Below, piece by piece: positions 1-7,308 of a DNA stretch of 14,469 nucleotides. A program made the position numbers and the translations under genes. Origin of the DNA: a bacterium (GTDB lineage Bacteria > Babelota > Babeliae > Babelales > RVW-14); NCBI GenBank assembly GCA_043822925.1, contig JBDRBF010000064.1, forward strand, positions 1-14,469, read 5' to 3'. The notes below the pieces were generated by a model. That model saw only the letters and a list, made by a program, of their open reading frames with translations. It ran no database searches and was not told the DNA's origin. Positions within the stretch are counted from its first letter, which is position 1. Every line of letters begins with the position of its first letter.

Positions 1-734
1 GCCTGCCCATGATCCATGTATCTAGTAACTTCAAGCAGGTATACATTTTTATAACCCAACTTTTTAAGTTCGATATATAAACAGCGAGAATCGTTGATAG
101 AAATAAGCCTATCGCCTCGACCATGAATAAACGTAACAACCATATTTCTGTCAACAACAGAATTAGCCCACATTTGAGTAACCGCTTTGTATGGCGTAAT
201 GCCCGTTATTTCATAATGAGGATACATTACTTTTGCACCAACTCTGCCCCAAAAGCCACTGGCAATATTCCCAACCATTTGTGCAGCAACATTTTCCGGT
301 TTTGCAAATGGAGCATCTGCAATAACCGCTTTAATATTCTTCAAATATTCTGGCTTATTTTCAGCTAAATACCCAACAGTATTCAAAACCGTCGCCGCAC
401 CCTTTGAAACACCAAACAATATTAAATTATCTTTCTGATTCGCTTCAATTTGTTTTACAACAACATCTATATCACCCTGTTGAGCCAAGCAAGACTTTCC
501 TGGCCCGACCCCGGTCCAATACTTACTTTTATCCCATTCAGGACCATTTTCACCAATAATAGGACATCCCATAAGTGGGCCATAATACTGACCAAAATCT
601 TTTTTTCCACCCAAGCCGTGAGCAAAAATAGCTTTATAATTAACGGCACCAGCTGCACCTAAATTTTGCGCCACAAAACCACAAAAACTCAGCACTAAAG
701 CAAAAAAACCTGCATGAAAACTTTTCTTACACAT
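1..734 (-). CDS. Secreted alpha/beta-hydrolase fold protein (3' end runs off the window)
   Basis: Manually translated, not in the ORF track. ATG at 734 is preceded by GAGGTGG. N-terminus MCKKSFHAGFFALVLSFCGFVAQNLGA is signal-peptide-like. Motifs: AHGLGG oxyanion loop, nucleophile elbow LFGVSKG (GxSxG), IADAPF, FIHGRGDRLI (catalytic Asp), and DHG near the window edge (probable catalytic His). Confidence 0.85.
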   Translation of the reverse strand, partial: MCKKSFHAGFFALVLSFCGFVAQNLGAAGAVNYKAIFAHGLGGKKDFGQYYGPLMGCPIIGENGPEWDKSKYWTGVGPGKSCLAQQGDIDVVVKQIEANQKDNLILFGVSKGAATVLNTVGYLAENKPEYLKNIKAVIADAPFAKPENVAAQMVGNIASGFWGRVGAKVMYPHYEITGITPYKAVTQMWANSVVDRNMVVTFIHGRGDRLISINDSRCLYIELKKLGYKNVYLLEVTRYMDHGQ

Positions 735-761
735 CACAAAACCACCTCAAATTTTCCAAAA

Positions 762-1334
762 CTACTCTGACAATAATTTATACTTCTTAAATAACTGATT
801 ATACGCATCAAGATCTGTGGCCGATTGAAAAACAAACTTGGCAATAAACTTTTTAGAAAGATCCGGCGGCGTATCTGTAAGAACCGTATCAAGAGCCCTA
901 TCATCACCAATCGTATTCATGCTATTACCAAGTTCTAACGCTTCTAGCTCACGTAAAAATTCTTGAGAGGCACCGTCTTTTTCCATCTTTTCTCGCAATA
1001 CTTCTTTAGTATCGCAATACGTAACTCTCTTCTTATCGCTCGTTTTCTCATACGCTGAAAATATTTTTGCCAACTCAGAATACTTGCAAGCTTGTTTAGC
1101 TTCTTGCATATTTTTTATAACGGCACTCAAAGCTTCTAGCTCTTGCCTATTATATGCTTGAACTATTTTAAGATACTCTTGTGCATATGTACGCTGTTTA
1201 AGATACCCAGCAGTAACAATTTGACGTGTTTTTTTCACAGCACCCACGGGAACCGGCTTGGCCTGCCCCTGCTGCATACGTGTGCATGCGAGCATGCACA
1301 GCAAAAAAGCATTTTTTATACTATTCTTAAACAT
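762..1334 (-). CDS. Hypothetical exported protein, 190 aa
   Basis: Long ORF with GGGGGA SD-like sequence upstream and a basic/hydrophobic N-terminus (MFKNSIKNAFLLCMLAC). It is co-oriented with both neighbours across short gaps. Confidence 0.75.
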   Translation of the reverse strand: MFKNSIKNAFLLCMLACTRMQQGQAKPVPVGAVKKTRQIVTAGYLKQRTYAQEYLKIVQAYNRQELEALSAVIKNMQEAKQACKYSELAKIFSAYEKTSDKKRVTYCDTKEVLREKMEKDGASQEFLRELEALELGNSMNTIGDDRALDTVLTDTPPDLSKKFIAKFVFQSATDLDAYNQLFKKYKLLSE

Positions 1335-1372
1335 GTCCCTAATCCCCCACTAAAACCAATTATTTTTTTTGG

Positions 1373-2308
1373 TTACTCTGTTTTTTCAAGCAAGCCATGC
1401 TTTTGAAAGTTTTCTTGAATTATCTCAATCTCTTTATCAAGCATTTCTTGATAAAAAATAGCAACGCCCCTCATGTCCCCATCTCTTTTACATTTATTTA
1501 TTTTTTCAAAAAAAGCTTTTTCAAGAGGCAACCAAGATGCAGCAATCTCATCTGAAACGACACGAGAATCCTGATCTTCAAATAGGAACATCCGGCCATA
1601 AGAGACTATAATATCTTCTCTGTACTCAAAGAACTGTTTCCCATCTTTCGTCTCGCTCTTGATTAAATCCAACAACTCAGATCGAGCAAATCGTTTATAC
1701 TTAAGAAAATTATTCGCTTCTTCTTTGGCCCAAGTTAAACAATAATCCCGTTCTTGTTGAACAGAAAATACTAAATCTATAGGCCATTCACTATATTTTT
1801 GAAGCACCTCTTCCATCATCCTGACTCCCCAAGCAAAAACCTCAGATGAACTGTCCACAAAACCAGGAGCCCCAAACGTGGCCCAGGCCGATTTCAACGT
1901 CACTAAAATATTCTCAAAATCGCTCAAAATTGGAAGCGCAATCGCAGGATAAATAGAAAGATCCCGAGGAGCCAACCGAATGTAACAAACACGAGGATCA
2001 CCACCGCCCATCACTAAATCCCTAAAAATAACACACCAGGCAGCGCTATCAACTCTTTGCTTGCACTTTGCCAAATAGGGCTTTAACGTATCTCGAATAA
2101 GATGCACACCCATTGCAGGAAAAGCCGCAGCAATAAGCTGACTCAGTATTTTGTGTTCCTCTCTAGTAAACAAAACAAAGAGCTCTTGCTTTGTTTCTCC
2201 TCTTGCCTTAGCCATACGAGAAATAACGTCAGGCACTTGACCAGCATTACCCTGCGGCGCATATAACAAACATGACAATAAAATAGAAAGCATAATTTTC
2301 TTGAACAT
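1373..2308 (-). CDS. Hypothetical exported protein, ~311 aa
   Basis: The ORF track gives 1373-2371. The likelier start is ATG 2308 (GGGGGG SD-like run just upstream), giving signal peptide MFKKIMLSILLSCLLYAPQGNA. No family recognised. Confidence 0.75.
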   Translation of the reverse strand: MFKKIMLSILLSCLLYAPQGNAGQVPDVISRMAKARGETKQELFVLFTREEHKILSQLIAAAFPAMGVHLIRDTLKPYLAKCKQRVDSAAWCVIFRDLVMGGGDPRVCYIRLAPRDLSIYPAIALPILSDFENILVTLKSAWATFGAPGFVDSSSEVFAWGVRMMEEVLQKYSEWPIDLVFSVQQERDYCLTWAKEEANNFLKYKRFARSELLDLIKSETKDGKQFFEYREDIIVSYGRMFLFEDQDSRVVSDEIAASWLPLEKAFFEKINKCKRDGDMRGVAIFYQEMLDKEIEIIQENFQKHGLLEKTE

Positions 2309-2377
2309 AAAGCCCCCCATAACATATAAATTATCGCTAGAATAACATATAAACTCCATCTCTTTGAACATACTCTT

Positions 2378-2405
2378 AGTCTAAATAGACGAAGAGACAA
2401 GTCAA
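2378..2405 (-). promoter_or_regulatory. Candidate sigma70 promoter for the three-gene minus-strand unit (2308 -> 1)
   Basis: Minus strand reads TTGACT-N16-TAGACT. Confidence 0.4.
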
Positions 2406-2529
2406 ACGCCTCCCATAAAACCTGGCTAAACAAGCTCAAATAAAGCCTTTTATATGTTTTATCTTTTTACTTGTAATTTTTTGACATAAAAACTGCCACA
2501 ATGGGGCTAAATTGCAACTATCACCATTT

Positions 2530-2585
2530 CCTGGGGCCGCGCTACGCTTGTGCCCAGGCTACCAGAACGAGCGAGCCTATGGCTC
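2530..2585 (-). repeat. GTAG-type REP-like element, downstream copy flanking the transposase pseudogene
   Basis: Minus strand reads GAGCC-ATA-GGCTC hairpin, spacer, then GTAG-CCTGGG-CACAAGCGTAGCGCGGC-CCCAGG. Positions 2547-2568 match the reverse complement of 3048-3069 at 21/22 nt, and 2530-2538 matches 3091-3099 at 9/9. Confidence 0.8.
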
Positions 2586-2613
2586 TTAGGATATATTCGC
2601 TAAATTAATTTTA

Positions 2614-3020
2614 TTAACCGTATAAATAGTCTTCATCATATATAATTTTATGCAGTTCCATTAAATGATTTGTTTTTATGATGCGTTGCTTGATTTTGAA
2701 TATATTTGGTAACAGCTCCACTTATTGAATAACTTACCGAAAAACTACCATAACTCCTTTGCCAAGAAAAATTTTCCAAATTTGGATGTGATTGGCGAAT
2801 TAATTTTGAAGATTCACTTTTTATGCATCGTATGAGGCGGGAAATTGATTCAGTTGGCTTTGTTTCAACAAGAAGGTGTATGTGATCTGGCATTCCACCA
2901 ATAGAAACAAGTAGGCCCCCTTCGCTGTGAATAATGTTTTTATGGTGGAACAAGAAATGGATAGCGATTTTTTGTGCTCCAAATGCAGTGGAAATATATA
3001 CTTGTATAAGTATTACTCAT
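2614..3020 (-). pseudogene. tnpA: HUH/Y1 tyrosine transposase (IS200/IS605 TnpA-like, REP-associated RAYT-like), frameshifted twice
   Basis: Three pieces. From ATG 3020: MSNTYTSIYFHCIWSTKNRYPFLVPP*. A second frame carries GGMPDHIHLL (HUH), WQRSYGSFSVS and KYIQNQATHH (catalytic Tyr). A further frameshift gives LMELHKIIYDEDYLYG*, ending at 2614. The 407-nt span is not a multiple of 3. Confidence 0.88.
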
Positions 3021-3027
3021 TATGTTA

Positions 3028-3099
3028 TCAAGCCCTTGGGCTTGACTGTTCTGGTAGCCAGGGCACAAGGACGGCCGTTAGGCCAACCAAGGCCCCAGG
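3028..3099 (+). repeat. GTAG-type REP-like element, upstream copy flanking the transposase pseudogene
   Basis: TCAAGCCC-TT-GGGCTTGA hairpin (3028-3045), spacer, GTAG (3054-3057), then CCAGGGCACAAG...GGCC-GTTA-GGCC...GGCCCCAGG. It is inverted relative to the 2530-2585 copy. Confidence 0.8.
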
Positions 3100-3112
3100 T
3101 GATCGAAATATT

Positions 3113-3760
3113 TTAGCTTTTATCGTTTTTAAGTCCCAAAAAGACCATCTTGCGCTGTTTATTACCCAATTTGTAATCGAAGACGCTTTTGACAAACGGC
3201 ACAGCTTTGAGCGAAACTTCCCACAATACGCTAGCCCAATAAGCAATAGGCACCTGTTTATATTTACAGCCAGGCTTGAATGCGCGGCATAATTCTTCAT
3301 CATCAAACGCCGCACGCGTGACAAATAAATCGACCGGATAATCTGTTATTCTTAAAAAAGTACGCCAATCATATTCACACACCGTTATGTTATCAAGTTC
3401 AAGAATTTTGATAACATCGTTCAAGAATATTTTTTTTTTATTCGTAACTTCAAGCAAAATAACCTGCAAATGAGGGAACATAATCTTAAGCGGGATACCC
3501 GGAAACCCGGCCCCGCTACCAATATCAACGATAGTAGACAACTTACTCAAATCAGCAAATTTTCTTATAGATAAAGAATCGATAAAATGCTGACGCACAA
3601 TACCAGATAAATCTGTAATCGCCGTTAAATTAAATTCATCATTTTTTTGAGACAAGAAAGATTCGTACGCCTTAAATTTCTCAAGCTGCTCATCAGTTAA
3701 TTTTTCATCATGCTGAAAGTTACCCCACACTAAATCATCTGGTTTTTTTCGTATTTTCAC
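3113..3760 (-). CDS. rsmG: 16S rRNA (guanine(527)-N7)-methyltransferase RsmG (GidB)
   Basis: Motifs FNLTAI, RQHFIDSL, SAM-binding DIGSGAGFPGIPL, LLEVTNKK and VTRA. GTG 3760 has GCGGAG SD upstream; TTG 3766 is an alternative start. Confidence 0.95.
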   Translation of the reverse strand: MKIRKKPDDLVWGNFQHDEKLTDEQLEKFKAYESFLSQKNDEFNLTAITDLSGIVRQHFIDSLSIRKFADLSKLSTIVDIGSGAGFPGIPLKIMFPHLQVILLEVTNKKKIFLNDVIKILELDNITVCEYDWRTFLRITDYPVDLFVTRAAFDDEELCRAFKPGCKYKQVPIAYWASVLWEVSLKAVPFVKSVFDYKLGNKQRKMVFLGLKNDKS

Positions 3761-3846
3761 AATCAATCTCCGCTCTTAATTATACAATCTATAGATTTTT
3801 GATTTTCGTTCTTGGTACACTATAACCAATTAAAGAAAGGCTCTAA

Positions 3847-4629
3847 ATGAAAGTACCAAATTTTTCAGTAAAAATCACGCTTTCTGGCTTTCTTGCAGCT
3901 ATTTTCTGCATAACAATTCAAGCTGACAACAGAATTTTAATACACCTGACCCATGTCCAGGAAAAAATCAGGACCCAAATTGAACAAGAATACTATCTGG
4001 AAAACGCTAAAAATCACGGCATCGACAAAATAAGCATGCTTACCCAACAAACACCCGCCCAAATAAGCGCTAAGCTAACAAAAAAAGAGCTTAGAAAACT
4101 CCTTTCACCGTCTCTAGGCGGCTTTCCGGCTCTATATTCAGGCTACCTGGACATCTCAGACCCAGACGGACTGATCACCTTCCCACTTAGACATAACAGC
4201 CCTAAACTCTTTATTGCAATCACTCCTGAAATTAAACTAGTCAAAGCAAAAGAAAACACGTTCTCATACGCCGAATATATTGCAAACGCAACAAACCCCA
4301 TAGAGCTTTATGCATTTGAAAAAAAAGTAGACGACAAAAACAGACCATACTGGGATGTACAAAAAGCACTCGTCCCCTTGAATAACAAAATCGACAACCT
4401 AACAATTGTTATTCTCGCGAACCCCAAAAATATTTTTATTACAGAAGGACATTTTATCACTGCAGAAAACGTTCAACTCGTATTACCAGAAATTTCAATT
4501 GTAGGAAACACTGATAAAGAAAAAATTATGCTTCAAATTCTCGATATAAAACAGTACTTTGAATCTATAACAGTAGAAGAGAAAAAAGTTTCAGATACTT
4601 CAGTTCAAAAAACAGTTACGAATTTGTAG
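3847..4629 (+). CDS. Hypothetical exported protein, 260 aa
   Basis: AAAGG SD upstream and signal-peptide-like N-terminus (…ITLSGFLAAIFCITIQA-D). Divergent from rsmG. No family recognised. Confidence 0.8.
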   Translation: MKVPNFSVKITLSGFLAAIFCITIQADNRILIHLTHVQEKIRTQIEQEYYLENAKNHGIDKISMLTQQTPAQISAKLTKKELRKLLSPSLGGFPALYSGYLDISDPDGLITFPLRHNSPKLFIAITPEIKLVKAKENTFSYAEYIANATNPIELYAFEKKVDDKNRPYWDVQKALVPLNNKIDNLTIVILANPKNIFITEGHFITAENVQLVLPEISIVGNTDKEKIMLQILDIKQYFESITVEEKKVSDTSVQKTVTNL

Positions 4630-4659
4630 GCCTATTCATTAACACAAAGGAGAACGGTA

Positions 4660-4881
4660 ATGATGTTTTCACGTTTACTTCTTATTTTTGCTCTTATGTT
4701 TGGTCTTGTAGCTACCCCAGGTTGCGGTAAGAAAAAAGATTCTTGCAAAAAAGAACAAACAACAGAGAAAAAAGCAAAGAAATCAAAGAAGAGCAAAAAA
4801 GCAAAGAAATCAAAAAGAAGCAAAAACAAAAAGAACAAGAAAAACAAAGAAAAAAACGAAGAATTTAACTTCAAGAAATAA
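4660..4881 (+). CDS. Small lysine-rich putative lipoprotein, 73 aa
   Basis: AAGGAG SD, hydrophobic signal ending in lipobox-like ATPG-C, mature part with 25 Lys in 52 aa, and a strong terminator immediately downstream. Confidence 0.8.
   Translation: MMFSRLLLIFALMFGLVATPGCGKKKDSCKKEQTTEKKAKKSKKSKKAKKSKRSKNKKNKKNKEKNEEFNFKK
4768..4821 (+). repeat. Imperfect 27-nt tandem duplication encoding KKAKKSK(K/R)S x2
   Basis: AAAAAAGCAAAGAAATCAAAGAAGAGC followed by AAAAAAGCAAAGAAATCAAAAAGAAGC. Confidence 0.7.
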
Positions 4882-4901
4882 GACCTGATCTTTAAATTAC
4901 T

Positions 4902-4937
4902 GAGGCGGCGACTTTTAAAAGTCGCCGCCTCTTTTTT
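4902..4937 (+). terminator. Rho-independent terminator
   Basis: Perfect 30-nt palindrome GAGGCGGCGACTTTT-AAAAGTCGCCGCCTC followed by TTTTTT, 20 nt after the stop at 4881, between convergent genes. Confidence 0.88.
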
Positions 4938-4945
4938 GTTTTCAC

Positions 4946-4991
4946 ATGGGGTTAAAACCCCATTCTCGTAAAAGTATCTGGCGATTACGCC
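4946..4991. repeat. Degenerate two-hairpin REP-like element
   Basis: ATGGGGTT-AA-AACCCCAT (4946-4963), spacer, then GGCG-ATTA-CGCC (4980-4991), just after the M3 peptidase stop. Confidence 0.4.
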
Positions 4992-5004
4992 TGAGAACAA
5001 AAAT

Positions 5005-7113
5005 CTAGGCCTTAATCAAGCCCATTTCTCGCAAGAAAGCATCCTGCGTGGGCTGACGACCCAAAAAATCTTGAATCAACATATTGGGATCAGCGCTGCC
5101 GCCTTTACCAAGCACCAGCTGCCGGAACTTCTTGCCAGTCTCAGGATTCCCAAGCCCCTGCTTCTTGATCTCATCAAACAAGTCAAGCGCAAACACTTTT
5201 GACCACAAATAGCTATAATATTTTGCGCCATACCCAGACAAATGACCAAACGATGCCTGAAAATGATCTCGCTCATCAAACGCTATATGCTTGTTGTAAA
5301 CACTATATAAATCTTTTCTAAACAGATCTAAATTTTGTGGAACCAATTTCTCAAATATATTTAGAGAAAAAGCAGCCAGTAAACACTGACGCGCAACAAA
5401 AAAACCTGAATCCAGCTGTTTTAAGGCGATCTTTTTATCAATAATATCTCCCGGCATCGGCTCACCTGTTTTATAATGGGAACTAATACGAGCAAGCACA
5501 TGCTTGTCATACATCCATTCTTCAAACATCTGTGACGGCGCTTCAACAAAATCAGTCTTAACACTCAAGCCAGAACATGAAGCTAATTGGGTTTTGCCAA
5601 GTACTGCGTGCATAGCATGCCCAAATTCATGAAAGAACGTTTGTACATCATCAAATTTCAAAAGCGCAGGTCGATCTGCTGTTGGCTTAGGAAAGTTTGC
5701 AATAATAGTACCAACAAACGGCACAGAAACACCATGTGCTCTATGTGTACTAACCATTGGCTGAATACATGCATGCGAATATTTGTCATCTCTTGGGTAC
5801 AAGTCTAAAAATATATACCCCAATAATTCCTGCGTTTCTTTATCTGTAATTTGCAAAAGTTGCACATCGTTATGCCAAGACCAATCTGATCTTACAATAT
5901 CAAATTTTAAACCAAAGAAATCTTGATACACATCAAGCATGCCCTTAAGCGCTTTCTCGACCGGGAAATACTCAGCGATTACACGTTCATCTATATTAAA
6001 ATGCTTTTTCTTGTATGTTTCTAAAACATACGCATAATCCCACGCATTCAAAGAGCCTTCTTTATCTGCTAAGTTTACGCCCTTTGGCAAATCTTTAATT
6101 AAATTTGACCACTCGAGTTCCCATTTAACCTGAGATGCAACAGACAAACCTTTTAAAAATTGATCAACGTTTCCTGATTTTTGAGCCATTGCACTATCAG
6201 TATCAAGCGCTGCAAAACTTTCAAACCCAAGTTTTCTTGCAAGCTCGTATCGCTTTTGGGCAAGTTTTTGTAATAACACCTGATTCTGCGGAAACGCACG
6301 ATTCTTAAACATGATGCTCATTTTTTCACGCGTCGCACTCACTTGGCAATTTTCAAGAATCTCATGATACGTAGGATAGTCACACCCCAGGACAAACAAA
6401 TCGCCTTCTCTTGGCAAGTTTTTGAGCATGTGCTCATCAACACCAACCAGGTCAGCCAATGCAACTTTTAATTTACTTTTATCTGCTGAAATATTTGAAT
6501 CAAAATCAGCTTCTATTTGGGAAATTTCTTTTTTAATCGCTCTTACTTGCACAAGCTCTGCTTCAGGTAAATGCAGGCCGGCTCGTTTAAAATCTTTTAC
6601 TGATTCAGCCAAATAATAACGCTGTTCGCTCTTTAAACTTTCAGTTTTACCCGCATTATTTATATACGCATCAAACGCTTTATAAAGATCAGGATTCAAA
6701 AATAAATCTACTGAATATTGGGAAAGCTCAACCTCGCACGCCAAACTTGTTTCGCGAATATCTTTATCTGGGCTAACATGATGTAAAAGCGACAAAATAC
6801 TTACCAGACGAGAATATTTATCTTGTAATTGATCAAGCGCCAAAGCTGTATTATCAAACGTTCTTTGCTGAGCAGGGATATTAAGCATCTCGCCAAGCTT
6901 TGTACGCGCAAGTTCTTTACTAAAAGCCGCAAAACTTTTAATTTGCTCGACGCTCTTTGGAAACAAACTCGTAATATCAGCTGGCGTTTTAAGCTCATGC
7001 TCCACCAGCTTTTGGTAATCGTTCATAGTCATAACCTGTGCACCCTTCTGAAAACAACTTACAAAACATAATAAAAAAAGCGCAATCACACTGTATTTGA
7101 CACCGTATCGCAT
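5005..7113 (-). CDS. M3 family Zn-metallo-oligopeptidase (thimet oligopeptidase/oligopeptidase A-like) with N-terminal signal
   Basis: Motifs FLDLYPRDDKY, TFFHEFGHAMH (HExxH), DFVEAPSQMFE, and FGHLSGYGAKYYSYLWS. Likely start is ATG 7113 after GAGGGAG SD; the track's 7137 start lies inside a palindromic element. Confidence 0.95.
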   Translation of the reverse strand: MRYGVKYSVIALFLLCFVSCFQKGAQVMTMNDYQKLVEHELKTPADITSLFPKSVEQIKSFAAFSKELARTKLGEMLNIPAQQRTFDNTALALDQLQDKYSRLVSILSLLHHVSPDKDIRETSLACEVELSQYSVDLFLNPDLYKAFDAYINNAGKTESLKSEQRYYLAESVKDFKRAGLHLPEAELVQVRAIKKEISQIEADFDSNISADKSKLKVALADLVGVDEHMLKNLPREGDLFVLGCDYPTYHEILENCQVSATREKMSIMFKNRAFPQNQVLLQKLAQKRYELARKLGFESFAALDTDSAMAQKSGNVDQFLKGLSVASQVKWELEWSNLIKDLPKGVNLADKEGSLNAWDYAYVLETYKKKHFNIDERVIAEYFPVEKALKGMLDVYQDFFGLKFDIVRSDWSWHNDVQLLQITDKETQELLGYIFLDLYPRDDKYSHACIQPMVSTHRAHGVSVPFVGTIIANFPKPTADRPALLKFDDVQTFFHEFGHAMHAVLGKTQLASCSGLSVKTDFVEAPSQMFEEWMYDKHVLARISSHYKTGEPMPGDIIDKKIALKQLDSGFFVARQCLLAAFSLNIFEKLVPQNLDLFRKDLYSVYNKHIAFDERDHFQASFGHLSGYGAKYYSYLWSKVFALDLFDEIKKQGLGNPETGKKFRQLVLGKGGSADPNMLIQDFLGRQPTQDAFLREMGLIKA

Positions 7114-7131
7114 ATACGCTCCCTCTGTCCT

Positions 7132-7164
7132 TGTCATCCTGAACTTGATTCAGGATCCAAGTCC
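7132..7164. repeat. GTCA-type palindromic (REP-like) element
   Basis: TGTC-ATCCTGAA-CTTGA-TTCAGGAT-CCAAGTCC with a perfect 8-bp stem. It shares ends (TGTCATCC…ATCCAAGTCC) with 12580-12646. Confidence 0.8.
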
Positions 7165-7308
7165 ATCTCAAAAACCTATTTAGCACACCAATACAAACAT
7201 AAAAAGTATACAAAATATAGGCAAAATACGCACAAAATAAATTGCCCCTCAAGTTTTTTTAAGCTTTTTTAGAAGAAAACGCACAAAACCAGAATCTTCA
7301 CACAGGTT

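Noticed and set aside
123-662. Short ORFs 123-368, 450-662 and 467-658
   Set aside because: Antisense or out-of-frame shadows of the alpha/beta hydrolase gene.
2495-2507. GCCAC-AAT-GGGGC imperfect hairpin beyond the left REP
   Set aside because: It could be a decayed extra REP unit but is too short and mismatched to call.
2440-2613. Possible tnpB/omegaRNA partner of the TnpA-like gene
   Set aside because: No RuvC or zinc-finger ORF remnant is visible next to the relic.
2648-2953. 101-aa ORF as a complete transposase
   Set aside because: It is only the middle fragment. The N- and C-termini lie in other frames.
2927-3324. ORFs 2927-3292, 2934-3116 and 3028-3324
   Set aside because: Shadow frames over rsmG, the REP and the transposase relic, with no coding signals.
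3786-3797. Palindrome AATCTATAGATT in the divergent rsmG promoter region
   Set aside because: A single AT-rich 12-mer with no recognised regulator consensus, plausible by chance.
4632-5000. 122-aa Phe-rich minus-strand ORF
   Set aside because: Antisense artefact of the A-rich Lys codons, and it runs through a terminator.
6995-7252. 85-aa ORF containing WILNQVQDD
   Set aside because: It overlaps the peptidase start in another frame, and the peptide is simply the read-through of the GTCA-type hairpin.
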